Positions 1 through 12,891 of a stretch of 64,000 nucleotides of DNA are shown in pieces. Source of the stretch: Mobula hypostoma (Eukaryota); contig NC_086118.1 in assembly GCF_963921235.1 (NCBI RefSeq), positions 13,766,001-13,830,000 of the forward strand. The letters are read 5' to 3'. Position numbers and translations under genes: made by a program. Every line of letters begins with the position of its first letter. Within the stretch, counting starts at the first letter, position 1. Below the pieces are notes generated by a model. The model was not told the DNA's origin. It did no database searches and saw only the letters and a list, made by a program, of their open reading frames with translations.

Positions 1-350
1 CTTTGGTTCAGGGATGAGGGATGAGGGGTAATGACTGGTCCTGAACCTGGTGGCACAAGTCCTGAGGTCTCTGTACCTTCTTACTCATACCAGCAATGAG
101 AAGAGAGCATGTCCTGGATGATGGGGGTCGCTGATGATGGAAGCAGATTTCCTGTATCAGTGTTTTATGCAGATGTGCTCAATGCTGGGGAGGGCTTTAC
201 CCATGATAGACTAGGCCATATCCACTACTTGTTATAGGATTTTCCGTTCAAGGGCATTGGTGTTTCCATACCAGGCAGTGATGCAGCCAGTCAATATGAT
301 CTCCACTACACATCCATAGAAGTTTGTCAAAGTTTTAGATGGCATGCCGA
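1..350 (-). mobile_element. Rex-Babar-like LINE 3' ORF fragment, degraded
   Basis: Reverse complement resembles the Rex-type C-terminal region seen at 37640-37890 and 41310-41640. Confidence 0.55.
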
Positions 351-1657
351 TGTGATGTATGAAGTAAAGTTCACAAAAGTGACTGATAACCACAAAGCCA
401 GTTCATCACTGCCACCTGTCCTGGAGCCTATTAGTTGCAGGCCAGAGCCTCAGTTCAGCTCAGAGACGAGTAAACCTCATGGAGCAGCAAACTGAATACA
501 GGACTGTCCCTTGACTAAAGCCTGGAAACCCTGACCTTTTCTCTCCGGCCCTGCACTTAAATCAGCAAAACCTCAGCTCATACCTTGCTCTAGGACCTGG
601 GCCCTGCAGCTTCAATTCAGCCCCAAGTCTGCTCAAGCAATAGCCAAACATTGGCTCATTCCTCAGTCTTGGGCCCAGGCTCTGCTGCCTCTACCTGATC
701 CACCTCCTTGATTCAGCCTGTGGTCGCCAAGCCACCACACTTCACTTTCAAGATTCCAGTTCACAGAATCCCTGAAACAAGGCAAAAATGCTGGGCCGTA
801 CAGACAATTCAAAAGTACAGCTCCAAACGGGATGATATAGGCTATTGATTGCAGTGATCATTGTCCAGAAAAAGTGAGATAAATAGAATAGTTAATAGAT
901 TCAGTTGCTGCAAATAAAGCATCACTGTGTTGCTGTCCCGGAGGTTAAAAATGAGGACTGTGTCATGCAGTTTAGCCTTTGGGGATGAGGCAAATTGATC
1001 AGGAATAAATGCAAGTTGCAATTTGCAAGCTGGTCCCAAAGAGCAGGGATATAGCTGAAAAATATCTGTTAAAATTGTCAAAGCATTAGATTTGAACAGA
1101 TGATGAATCAGTTAAGTGGCATGGATGGTTTGCAGAATATAAGCTTTAATTAAATCTGAAACTGCTTTGATCAAGAAAGAAATATGCATCAGGTTATTTT
1201 ACCTCATGATAAACAACAGTCTATCTCATTAGCTCGTCACGTACACTGCTTGAAGCACTGCAGATTTCCTCCAGAAGGCTGGCCCTGGCTTGATCAAGGA
1301 GACTGAGCATTATTAGTATGCTTTACAGTAGTAAACACTAGCCCCTGCTCATCTCACTAGCTCTCATTCACTCTCTGTGCTATTGGAAGCATGTCTGTAT
1401 TCCAAGCTATCAGCAAAAGAACTTCATAACTATTAAAAGCTTACAAAGTCAGGCAGCATTCTTTAATTTCCCATTGTTTTAGTCCAGAGGGAACTTATCC
1501 ACATGATACAATCTTTAGAGTGGTGACAGTGTTAAAGCAAACACTGTTGTACACATATCAATATTACCTGTGACAAAAGGATGAAAGATAAAAGTAAAAG
1601 CCATGCAAAGAACTGTCCAGTGGACATGTGCTTTATTCACCTTAAAGTCCTCCCAGT

Positions 1658-2405
1658 CATAGAAACATAGAAAATAGGTGCAGGAGTAGGCCCTTCGGCC
1701 CTTCGAGCCTGCACCGCCATTTATTATGATCATGGCTGATCATCCAACTCAGAACCCTGCACCAGCCTTCCCTCCATACCCCCTGATCCCCATAGCCACA
1801 AGGGCCATATCTAACTCCCTCTTAAATATAGCCAATGAACTGGCCTCAACTGTTTCCTGTGGCAGAGAATTCCACAGATTCACCACTCTCTGTGTGAAGA
1901 AGTTTTTCCTCATCTCGGTCCTAAAAGGCTTCCCCTCTATCCTCAAACTGTGACCCCTCGTTCTGGACTTCCTCAACATCGGGAACAATCTTCCTGCATC
2001 TAGCCTGTCCAATCCCTTTAGCATTTTATACGTTTCAATCAGATCCCCCCTCAATCTTCTAAATTCCAACGAGTACAAGCCTAGTTCATCCAGTCTTTCT
2101 TCATATGAAAGTCCTGCCATCCCAGGAATCAATTTAGTGAACCTTCATTGTACTCCCTCTATGGCAAGGATGTCTTTCCTCAGATTAGGGGACCAAAACT
2201 GCACACAATACTCCAGGTGTTGTCTCACCAAGGCCTTGTACAACTGCAGTAGTACCTCCCTGCTCCTGTACTCGAATCCTCTCGCTATAAATGCCAGCAT
2301 ACCATTCGCCTTTTACACTGCCTGCTGTACCTGCATGCCCACTTTCAATGACTGGTGTATAATGACACCCAGGTCTCGTTGCACCTCCCCTTTTCCTAAT
2401 CGGTC
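1658..2405 (-). mobile_element. CR1 LINE, 5'-truncated copy of the young family at 53112-57420
   Basis: Near-identical to 53112-53850. ORF 1749-2132 encodes the RT C-terminus (YEERLDELGLYSLE...FFTQRVVNLWNSLP). TTTCTATG tail repeats. Confidence 0.95.
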
Positions 2406-2410
2406 ATCAT

Positions 2411-2650
2411 TCATGGCAGCATTGCAGTTAGTGTAACACTATTACATGTCATCAACCCTGGTTCATTTCTGCCACTGGCTGTAAGGAGTTTGCACATATT
2501 TCCTGTGACCATGTTGGTTTCCTCCAGATGCTCCAGTTTCCTCTCACATTCAAAAGACATATGGTTTAACAGATAAGTTAATCCCATCGGTATGATTGGG
2601 CAGCACAGGCTCATAAGGCTGGAAGTGCTTGCCTTGCTGTATCTTTAAAT
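2411..2650 (+). mobile_element. tRNA-derived V-SINE-like element
   Basis: Central V-domain-like 'gtaaggagtttgcac...gtttcctcc.g.tgctcc.gtttcctc.cacat.caaaagac'; similar copies at 58282-58555 (+) and 49830-50085 (-). Confidence 0.7.
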
Positions 2651-2940
2651 AAATATATATTTTTAAATAATTGGATAATGGAGTGTCTTCTCCTAATGAC
2701 TTGTGTTTCTCCTGGGGTCAGTTGCTGAATTGTGATATTTTTGTCTGCTGGGTTAGTGATGCATCCTCAGATTTCGCCATATCTTCTTCGGTGAAGCCAG
2801 CCTCTTCCATGATCTCTCAAGGATTCCTCCAACATGAGGTGCCCTCCTCCATCAGAATCTCACATGATCTTTTGTACAGTTTGTCTGGCACATCCGACAC
2901 AAGTCTGCTGTGGCCCTCATCCTCAATGTGTCCGCAGCCC

Positions 2941-3890
2941 TTAGACCGTAAGACCATAAGACCATAAGACCATAAGACCATAAGACAAAGGAGCAGAAGT
3001 TGGCCTTTCAGCCCATCGAGTCTGCTCCGCCATTCTATCATGAGCTGAACCATTCTCCCATTTAGTCCCACTCCCCCGCCTTCTCACCATAACCTTTGAT
3101 GCCCTGGCTACTCAGATAGCTATCAATCTCTGCCTTAAATACACCCAATGACTTGGCCTCCACTGCTGCCCGTGGCAACAAATTCCATAGATTCACCACC
3201 CTCTGACTAAAAAAATTCATTCGCATTTCTGTTCTGAATAGGCGCCCTTCAATCCTTAAATCATGCTCTCTTGTACTAGACTCCCCCATCATGGGAAACA
3301 ACTTTGCACATCCACTCTGTCCATGCCTTTCAACGTTCAAAATGTTTCTATGAGGTCTCCCCTCATTCTTCTAAACTCTAAGGAATACAGTCCAAGAGCG
3401 GACAAATGTTCCTCATATGTTAACCCTCTCATTCCCAGAATCATTCTAGTGAATCTTCTCTGAACCCTCTCCAACGTCAGCACATCCTTTCTTAAATAAG
3501 GAGACCAAAACTGCCCACAGTACTCCAAGTGAGGTTTCACCAGCGCCTTATAGAGCCTCAACATCACATCCCTGCTCCTATACTCTATTCCTCTAGAAAT
3601 GAATACCAACATTGCATTCGCCTTCTTCACTACCGACTCAACCTGGAGGTTAACTTTAAGGGAATCCTGTACGAGGACTCTCAAGTCCCGTTGCATCTCA
3701 GAACTTTGAATTCTTTCCCCATTTAAATAATAGTCTGCCCGTTTATTTCTTCTGCCAAAGTGCATAACCATACACTTTCCAACATTGTATTTCATTTGTC
3801 ACTTCTCTGCCCATTCTTCCAATTTATCCAAGTCTCTGTGCAGACTCTCCGTTTCCTCAGCACTACCGGCCCCTCCACCTATCTTCGTAT
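2941..3890 (-). mobile_element. CR1 LINE 3' fragment (second family) with (TGGTCTTA)n tail
   Basis: ORFs 3337-3795 and 3062-3340 carry CR1 RT C-terminal motifs (LYKALVKPHLEYC, FFSQRVVNLWN). TAAGACCA octamer repeats at 2941-2986. Confidence 0.92.
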
Positions 3891-4707
3891 CTCAGCACTG
3901 AAAGTAGACTGCCACTCTGGTTTTGGCTGCACTGTTTTCTTACACTCTTTTGCACTGTGATTCCATTGTTTCTAGTTGCTGACAGTAGAGTGTTATCCAC
4001 TTATAATTCTTTATTTGTCATTCCTTATGAGAGGAATTGCAGAATGCATGAATGCTCAAACGTGGATTGTGATGATTTTGCCCTCTTCAGCAATACCATA
4101 ACACTTTCACAGTAATTCAGTCTTGCCTTTGTTGCCCTTTTCCAAAGACCAGAATGTCATCGTCTGTGGTCTTACCCAGCTGAGTCCTTCAAATACAGCC
4201 TCAAAGGTTTACTGAAAGGTTTCACGTGCTGTTTTGAATCAAGACAGAACTCTTTTCCAAAAATGCATTGAGTTAGGTCTCCTCTACCAGCCTAACCAAT
4301 ATTTTTTTTCCACCAAGCACACAGAAAGTGTTTGTTTAGGCTTGGCAAAACACATGTGATCTTCATCGCAGTGTACTGGCTCTTCTAAATTTCATTCAGG
4401 TCTCTTGAGTCTAGGAAAGTTCTCAGCTTGCCACATTATTTCTCAACAGCAGGGATATTGTGTGCAATGGGACTCCTACCCCAGCCATTCCAAGTGTGCC
4501 GTACCATCCAAGCCTTGAGTTTCTCCTTCAGGGACATTGGAATATGCATTGATAGATTCACTACTGGCTGGACTATGTGGTATTTGTCATCCACTTTTGT
4601 TATTCTCTGTATCAGTGGGTTGCATGGATGAAGAGACTGCTTTCATAGAAGTAACATTCATGAGCTCATTGTTACTATTTTTACAATCAATCACATTCTA
4701 GGAATTA

Positions 4708-6384
4708 CACTCAGTGGCCACATTGTTAGGCATACCTGCTCGTTAATGCGAATACTTAATAGCAGCAACTCAATGCATAAAAATACAAGTATGATTAAGA
4801 TGTTCATGTCACAAGGTGGGTGCTGGGAACGGACCCAAATGCAAGACAGACACTGAAGTACTAGGAACAAGACTTGACTAGAGTAGGGACGTGACAGGAT
4901 ACAGGCAAGGAACAGGGACAAGAATGCAGACTTGGGCTAGGACATTGACTAGACAGGGAACCAGGACTAGGAACCATGAACTAGGAGCCTGGGCTGGGAT
5001 TCCGAGCCAGAGACTGGACAAGGACCCAGCCTCGGGCTCAGACTCCAGAACTAGGCAGGGACATGACGTGGCTGGGGTCTTGAGGCTTGAGGCTGCAGCC
5101 TGGCGCCCTGGGTCTTGAAACTGCAGCCTAGGGTCTTGGGTCTTGGAATGCGGAGGCTGATAACTCGGAGGCTGGGGCTCGGAGACAGACCAGGAACTGT
5201 ACATCAACATAGAGCCAGGACTTATCTTTCAAAAAGCCGGGACTCATCTTCAACACGACACTAACATGAGACTGGACAGCACATAGACATAGAGCCGGGA
5301 CTTACCCCTGGACAAGCCGGGACTCAACTTTACCTCCACACCAAGGTGGGACAGGTCCGTCCGTTGGGTAACAGCAGAACAGCCAGACTTTACCCAACAG
5401 AGGGAAAGACAAGACAAGTCAAGACAGGTCCCCCCGCAGGGCAACAGCAGAATGGCCTGACTTACCCCATGGAGGCGAGAACAGGACAAGACAAACACCA
5501 AAGAACAACAGACAGTTCCATCTCTGCTCCGGGGTAGCTCCGAGTCTCAGTTCGGCCAGCAACCTTGGCTGGCTACGGAAACAGCCGGATCCCTACCTAG
5601 CTCAGAGTGGCTGATGGCCACTCAGCTGGCCCGTGGAACAGCCGAATCCATACCGCAAAGACAGCTCCGACTACTGACAGCGAGGCTTCATGAAGCGATG
5701 GTTCTCCAACACGGCCTAAAGATGGCAAGTGGCTGCTCTAGCCTTCCACTGGCAGGTTTCTCCCAGGGAATCTTGACAAGACAAACCAGCAGCTCAGACT
5801 TGACCCCAAGGCTACTTATATTCCAAGCCTCAAGATGGGAATCAGGTGCCTATGATTAACCCAACCGAAACAAGGGACAGCTGGAAGACCCGGAATCCTG
5901 AGTCCACGGACTGGACCGTGAACCAGAATGCAGACTTCACGGACCGGACCATGACAGTTCATGGGATTCAGTTATTGTTCAGTCGAAACAACAGATTGGA
6001 GAAGAAGTATTATCAAAGTGACTTTGACAGTGGAATGATTATTGGCGCCAGATAGGGAGGTTTGAATATCTCAGAAACTGATGATCTCCTAGGATTATCA
6101 TGCCTAACATTCTCAATAATTTACAGAGGATGGTGCAAAAAACAAAACAACACCCAGTGAGTGGAAGTTCTGTGGGCAAAAACAACTTGTTAATGTGAGA
6201 TGTCAGACTGATTCAAGTTGACAGGAAGATGACAGTAATTCAGATAACCACGCAGTACAACAGTAGTGCACAAGTCTGGATCCACAATACTTCAGACCCT
6301 GAAGTGGGTGCAATAGCAGAAGTCCATGAACATTCACTCAGTAATTTTAAGTACAGAAGGTACCTAACAAAGTGACCATGATAT
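4708..6384 (+). mobile_element. Tc1/mariner-derived non-autonomous element, split by a solo LTR
   Basis: TA then 'cactcagtggccac..ttagg.a.acct' at 4708; inverted end 'aggtacctaacaaagtgacca' at ~6358-6379; transposase N-terminal remnant 'SDFDSGMIIGAR'. Confidence 0.7.
4807..5956 (-). mobile_element. Solo LTR (1150 bp, Gypsy-type)
   Basis: TGTCA...TGACA termini; perfect 5-bp TSD GTTCA at 4802-4806 and 5957-5961; internal short tandem repeats; TATA-like box on the minus strand near 5815-5820. Confidence 0.85.
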
Positions 6385-6598
6385 CTTTCTGGTATACTGT
6401 GTTGGAATCCATATTGAAAGCACCCTTGATTCTTCATCACCTTCACAAAGCAGCTCCAAACCAGTTTCAATGCAGTACAATGTTGTTTCAATTACATGTG
6501 ACATCTTGATTTAAGCTGCACTTCCATCAGATTGGTTACCTGCTTGCATGTTATTTCAAGGTTGTTGAAATGCCTTTGGGCTAACTTCTTAGTGTGGA

Positions 6599-6845
6599 TA
6601 CTGCTACACTTTGTAACTCCAAATCAAAACTAATTGAAGGTAAAACAAGGGTGTCTGAAATACGTGTACTTTAGTTTAGTTTTTATGTTAAATGAGCTGC
6701 ACACTTATAATGTGGTGGCATGATGACGTACCATTCATGTACTTTTACATATAACCCACAGTGCAATAGGTAAACAAAGAATCTTTAATTGAACAATATA
6801 TTTACAATGTTACTCAAATATTACTGAAATTTTAAAGACACAACA
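6599..6845 (-). repeat. 3' LTR of old Gypsy element A
   Basis: Homologous to 25108-25356 (shared 'ccattcatgtactttt..catataaccc', 'ttactcaaatattactg', 'acacaaca'). Polypurine tract AGGGAGGAG on the minus strand at 6846-6854. Confidence 0.75.
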
Positions 6846-7049
6846 CTCCTCCCTGCTTAGCTATAAACTCCAGCTCAATATAGAATGCATCTGAACTCAC
6901 ATATGTAACATATTGCTCTCTGATCATCATATATATACTCAGTATACCATACAACTACTATATAGAAATTCACTGCATAGTAAATTTTGAATTATCCCAT
7001 TCAGGCCCAAAGATTTAATCACTTTAGAGGATTTCTTCCTCCTGTGGGA

Positions 7050-8716
7050 TAACATCTTTCCTAACAAATGGGGTCACTCTGCTTTGCAGGAGAGAATTAT
7101 TGCTGTGAAATAATCTGAGGTTCTAGAGCCTCCTCCACTGTGGTTGTAGAAGTTGACTCTGGAACTGCAGGAAGTGGTTCTGACAGCTCTGCTCAACTAA
7201 TTGATGTGTTGTCTCCAGATGAAATTGCACGCAATCTCCACTGAGTACCAGCGTGGTCCAGTTCTGTCCTTAATCCTTCCAATTACTCACTTTTGGTCAC
7301 CCCTGAGGCACTGATTGCTCATGAGTGAAACACTGAATCTCCTTGTTTGGAGAGCCTCAACTTGCCTTAACTATTTGTCCTGCATACTCCGCCTGACAAT
7401 GGGTTTGAGGAAGTCCAGGCATGAGCACAAGAGACGACCAAGGAACAGTATAGCTAGTACATTGTTGGTTATGGAGTGTGCTGCATTGTGATATGCAAGG
7501 AGGAAATTGACAAGCTTCTGATTCAGTAAGGGTAGTGTGCTCTACTGACATTGCTTATAGTGCATTCTTTACTCTCTGGGGCCAAACCTTTCCACCAAAC
7601 CTTTCATAGCTGTGTGGTACAGTGCAGATATAATATGTCTATTCCATTTATTGTCAGGAATGACTGAAAAGTCTGCGACAATCTGTGGTCCATTGTCACA
7701 CACTAAGTGTTCTGGAACACCAGTCCTTGAGAAGAGGCTTCTCAACAGTGTGCGAGTCTGTACTGGAAGTTATTGGAAACTGTTGTGGTTACCTTGTAGC
7801 TGCATCCAATACTACCAAGAACTTTGTGCCTATGAATGGTCCGGCAAAATCCAAATGAATCCTCTGCCAGGGCAATGTAGGTCATTCCCAGGGATGGAGA
7901 GGGTCTGCTTGTGGCATCTTCTGGAAGTGTTAGCATCCCAAAGAGTGCATGGTGAGCTACTTGATCTGTTGATCTCTCCCAGGCCACCAGAAGAAGCTTT
8001 AAGCCAATGCTTTCATTTTGACCATGTCTAGATGACCAGCATGTAGCTTCTCCAAAACTTTAGCTCTCAACTTGGATGGCACAGCAACTCTCAATCCCCA
8101 CATAAGGCAACCCCTGTCAAAGACAAGTTCACCTCAGCGCCAGTAGAAGTGGGGGAACTGGAGTTTCTGCTGCATATCCTAACCTTTTGGGTGACCATAT
8201 AGACCTGAGACAGTGTGGGGTCTTTTTCTGGTTTCCCTTTGGATCATTTCTGTCATAATAGGGAGTCTTTTGATTTGCATTATGGAGAATTCATCAAGAG
8301 GACTATCCTCTTCTGTCAATTTTTCAGGTATTTCCTTTTCCAATGGTAAATGGGATAATCCATTAACATTTGCATGATTAGTTGTCCTCTTAAAATCAAT
8401 CTTGTGATTGTGTCCTCCAAGGAACTGAGCCTACCTTTGCATTCATGCTGTTGCTGTTAGTGGAACACCGTACTGAGAATTGAAAATGGACACCAGTAGT
8501 GATGATCAGTAATGAGGGTAAACTCTCTCCCATACAAGTACTGGTTGAAACATTTTACTCAAAGTCTCTCTTTCAATCTATGTCGTTTTTCTCTGCAGCA
8601 GTAAGGGAACATGATGCAAACGGTGTTCACTCATACATATGACATGACTACATCTATACCATAAGGCGAGGTTTCGCAAGCCAGTTTCCCTTTCCTTTGC
8701 CTTTTGGAAAGCCACA
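7050..8716 (-). pseudogene. Gypsy A pol remnant (RNase H and integrase), degraded
   Basis: Minus-strand remnants of the CDASPYGIG-like RNase H motif (~8640-8680), TDH (~8500), HANVNGLS, integrase core and 'FLLAYH' pieces; many stops and frameshifts. Confidence 0.8.
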
Positions 8717-9106
8717 TGTCCTGTGGGGGGCATGGTTTATTCTGCTTGTTGAATGTCATTTCTGTCATGAGTGGTTAGTTTAGAATTTGCAAATGCTTTT
8801 CCCATTGGTTAGCTACCTGGTGACTATTTTCAAATGTCCCAGGTATAAAATAGCACGTGGAAGGGGCTTGCTCTCTTTTCCTTTGTTTAAGGCAAGCAGT
8901 GCACATAGCCATTCGGAAGATATGCTCTGCATGCGCGTTTAACTAAGTATGTTCGTTGAATATTCAGCTTTGAAGTGTCTGTAGCGTGGGGAACATGAAT
9001 GTTTGGTTGAATTTTTACTGTTTGTAAAAAAACGATTAAAATACTTATTTGTAGTTGGTGTTTTATGTCTTAGTCGCCAGACCCGTGAACCTGATTCAAC
9101 ATTACA
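8717..9106 (+). repeat. Putative 5' LTR of a class III (ERV-L/ERV-S-like) endogenous retrovirus
   Basis: TG...CA ends, inverted CCAAT (cccattgg ~8801), TATAAAA (~8844), ATTAAA (~9034). Directly followed by a PBS and gag remnants. The left boundary is inferred from where Gypsy A pol breaks. Confidence 0.65.
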
Positions 9107-9109
9107 GTT

Positions 9110-9127
9110 TGACGCAGTGAGCAGGGT
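9110..9127 (+). promoter_or_regulatory. Primer-binding site, tRNA-Ser-like
   Basis: TGACGCAGTGAGCAGGGT matches 15/18 to the complement of the vertebrate tRNA-Ser(CGA) 3' end as recalled (TGGCGCTGTGAGCAGGAT), and begins after a 3-nt spacer following the LTR's CA. Confidence 0.7.
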
Positions 9128-9179
9128 CTGGCTTTTTAAGCAGAAATGCATTTCTTTAAAAGATTATTTTTAAGAGTGG

Positions 9180-10861
9180 ACACACCCCACCCCCGTATGA
9201 GAGATGGAGAGTCCCAGGTTGGGCAGATAATAGTGAGGGTTTGGAGGTCTCTGTAACTGATGGGTTACAGGATGCAGGTAGATTGGTCAGACTGGTTACC
9301 TTTTGCCGAGTTTGAAAAGGAACATCGCATTGCTTCCATGAATAAATCATTGAATTTTCTCAGGAGAAAAGACAGCCGCCGGGATGCTTTCTGGCTGGTT
9401 GCATCAATTGTAAGGCATCAGTATAACACAATAGCGAATCTTAAGAATGAATTGGAAAATCTCAGTCAGCGCTGTATTATTCTGAGAGAATCACAATTGA
9501 TGGCTCAAATTAGGGCTGCAATGTTGGAGGATAAGGATATAGAGAGAGCTTGTCAGCTAATAGAGATACAGCACTCAGCACTTAGCTGAGCAGGTCGGCT
9601 GCCTGATCTGTTAAGGTGTGCATTTTAATGAGGAGGGACAATGATCCTATTCTGGGACTGGGAGATGGAGATGTCTGTTTGGGTGATGAAAATGAGGGAA
9701 AGAGGGTAGCATGACCCCTTTGGTTTAATTCTCAAAATGATCGCCCTCTCTCGTGTGTGTCCAAAACCCTACAGGCCAGTCCGGTGATCATGAGTTCCCA
9801 TAGCTACCGCTGGGGGCATTGGCCCCTGGTTTCTTCATTTCAGGTGCAGGAGGGGGAAGTGGATCAGGAATGTGTGAGGGATGGTGTAATGGACACTCCC
9901 GAGGCAACAGATCAGGGAATTCTCCACTGAGGAGTTAGTGAGTTTAGGTCATAGGTACGGACAAAAGTCTGGGGAGTCTATAGCCTCATGGTTATTGAGA
10001 ATGTGGGATGAGGGGTGTAGTAGAGTGATCCTGTCTAACAGAGAGATGGGCACCATTGGGAGCCTATCATCTCAACACACTATCAACAACACCCTGAGCA
10101 CACTGTTTGCTTCCCCCAAGCATAATGCATCCCTATGGTATCAGACAATGCCAGTGGTTAAACCTAAGTATCATTCTCTGACTGAAAGAAACTTAAACCC
10201 CAAATGAAATAGATGTCTATGGGTAAGCTTAGTAATTTATAGGATAGGGACATGCTCGGCACAACTTTGTGGACCGAAAGGCCTGTATTGTGCTGTAGGT
10301 TTTCTATGTTTCTATATTTTTATGAAATGGATCACAGTAGAGGAGGTTACTGAAGTTCTACAACAATGGGCTCTTAGCACAGAATTATACCACGATGGTT
10401 GTAGCCCACTACAGTATATTGAATTAACTTCTGGAATGAGAGGATATATGGTTATAGTGGCAGCTTCTCAAATAAAAGGGGTAGTGTTGTCTTTAATAGC
10501 ACCAGCATTTGGTCATCCTATAAATACAGCGAGTCAACGATTACAAGGTGTATAATATGTAGAAGAAGGTACGTGGAGCCAAGTTCAGAAGTTAGATAAG
10601 CAGAAAGGAAGTGGGAGATCCCATGTATCCCATAAAGAAATGTTTTTATCATTGCTTAAAGCTGGGGTCCCAGAGGAGCAGATAAATGGGGGTCCCACCC
10701 CTACCAGCTATGCAATGTGGAGAAAGTACTGTCTGGGGAAGCTAGAAAGGAAGACTGTTGAGGGGGAAGAATCAGTCTTCAAGCTCTCTGCCAGATTCCT
10801 TGCATTCTATTCAGGATTCCCTATATCCCATGCTGGAGGCATTACAAATAGCGGTGCCTGA
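9180..10861 (+). pseudogene. gag: ERV-L/Fv1-like gag, disrupted
   Basis: Collinear blocks: coiled-coil (9260-9589), SVKVCILMRRDNDP..GDGDVC (9607-), REFSTEELVSLGHRYGQKSGESIASWLLRMWDEG (9911-), KWITVEEV.., and LLKAGVPEEQINGGPT. All resemble ERV-L Gag motifs. Confidence 0.8.
10211..10321 (+). mobile_element. Short CR1 3'-UTR insertion within ERV gag
   Basis: 'ggcacaactttgtgg.ccgaa.ggcctgtattgtgctg..ttctatgtttcta' CR1 3' end, flanked by ATGAAAT at 10204-10210 and 10322-10328. Confidence 0.75.
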
Positions 10862-11554
10862 CCTTTGCCAGTAGTGGGAATCATATTGTGGTTAGTACAC
10901 ACAACATTGGTGTAGGAAGTGAATCATTTGACATGAATCCCTCTTTACTGTAAATAGAGTGTGAATGATTTGACTGCAGAGAAATGTGAGGCTACGTCCA
11001 CACTACGCCGGATAATTTTGAAAACAAAGCTTTTTCTCTTCGTTTTGACCTTCCGTCCACACTGAAACTGCGTTTTTAGTCCCTGAAAACGGAGATTTTC
11101 AGAAACAGTCTCCAGAGTGAATATATCTGAAAGCCCCTAATATCCGTTGCAGTGTGTACGGGGTAAACGGAGCTTTTTAAAACCGCTGTCATGACGTGCC
11201 GGAACAAATGGCGACAGCACAGCATTTCATTGCTTTCTTCTTATTATTCATATTCTTATTATTATTACTACTTTATTGTTTAGAGCCTAAATTCATCCCA
11301 GCGATATTTGATTCTGCGCTTCGCAGAACCTAACAATTTCAGAACAGAGGGCAACGAGACTGATGCCAGAAGAGTTAGAAATGTACTCACCAAATACTTC
11401 GACCCATAGCTTACTGAATAAATAAGTATACTCACTTTGCCCTGTTTTCGGTCCTTGCTTGTATGAAGGTAAGGACAGAAAACACCCACCGCTGTCTCCA
11501 GTTTAAATTCCATGTGGAATATTTTGGAGGATCAAGAACCAAGGTGGTTTATCT

Positions 11555-12363
11555 TGTTACATACCCCGTAACTGGGTTGCCAAACCAGCAGAAATGGACC
11601 ACTTAGTTGGAGTCTGGTTTAACAGAAACTAATAAAGTTTTATTAAAGAAATAAGTAACACAGTACTCTAATCGTAAGGATATAAATGCAACAGGTTAGC
11701 AATGATAAAACACACATGTACACAGAACTAGGGTAATAGGAATCAACCAAGCTCTATCGCAGTCTAGGGGTAAAATGATCAGTCTCAAGTGACGCAGAGT
11801 TCAGTTCAGCTTAGTACAGTTCGCAGTAATCGCTGTTGTGCCGTTGGAGAGAGAGAGAATGCAAATTTTGATTCAAGCAGACCTTTGATGTTCTTCGCAG
11901 TTAGCTTTTGGGCGAACCCTTTTATGTCTTCTGTGGTCACCGACTGTTCTTCCGCGGTGAACCCGGCACCCAGGCAAGGGCGGACACACACACACACCAG
12001 GTTCCCGCCGATCGTCCCTTTTCACCCTGTCAGTCTATGGTCGGTTCCCTCGAACCAGACCCCCAACTCCCAGCAACTTGTGGGGGAACACCGCTCTTCC
12101 AAGGTCTCGTTATCTCATGATCTCGTGGTGTGTGTCGTGCCTTAGCGAACCTGTTCTTTTTATCCCCCTGCTGGGGTATCGCCTGTCCATCAAACTTCAA
12201 ACAGTTCAGGTTCAAAGCAACCGGTCTCTCAATATTCTGAAATGTGTTTCTTTCTCATTAATCTCTCGCTTCTCTCTTATTAGCATTTTGAATGTTTCTC
12301 CATTGTCTCACTTATCTCTCTCTCATTAGCATGAATCTTCTGATAACTTGGTTTTTCGTCACA
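11555..12363 (-). repeat. 3' LTR of Gypsy B
   Basis: TGTTAC...GTCACA; direct repeat of 20103-20944. Confidence 0.95.
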
Positions 12364-12721
12364 CCCCTATCCTTTAAAGGATTTTTACCGGGGTAAAAAT
12401 TATGGGCATGAATACATTATTAGGTACACTAATATACAGGGTCATCAGCTATTCGGCTAATACAGAGAACTTTAAGTTGTCAACACCTTGACAGACAGTC
12501 AGCAATCACATTTCCCTCTTATATACCTCTTGCCCATCCTCTGGGTCACCCCCCCCCGTCTTTCTCCCTAGGCCTCCTGTCCCATGATCCTCTCGTACCC
12601 CCTTTGCCTATCACCTGTCCAGCTCTCGGCTCTATCCCTCCCCCTCCTGTCTTCTCCTATCATTTTGCATCTCCCCCTCCCCCTCCAGCTTTCAAATCCC
12701 TTACTCACTCTTCCTTCAGTT

Positions 12722-12757
12722 AGTCCTGACGAAGGGTCTCGGCCTGAAACGTCGACT
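12722..12757 (+). ncRNA. Minimal type I hammerhead ribozyme (5' repeat)
   Basis: AGUC-CUGACGA-[AGG..CCU stem II]-GAAAC-GUC^-GACU: conserved core, stem I AGUC/GACU, palindromic ACGU stem III. Predicted cut after C12753. Confidence 0.9.
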
Positions 12758-12891
12758 GCACCTCTTCCTATAGATGCTGCCTGGCCTGCTGCGTTCACCA
12801 GCAACTTTGATGTATGTTGCTTGAATTTCCAGCATCTGCAGAATTCCTGTTGTTTACGTTTAAATTCACTACTGCGAAGCCTCTTCCGGTG

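Noticed and set aside
2941..2986. TAAGACCA repeats, also (GATTCT)n at 41895 and (GAA)n at 40738, as CRISPR-like or satellite arrays
   Set aside because: No spacers; these are LINE 3' tail microsatellites.
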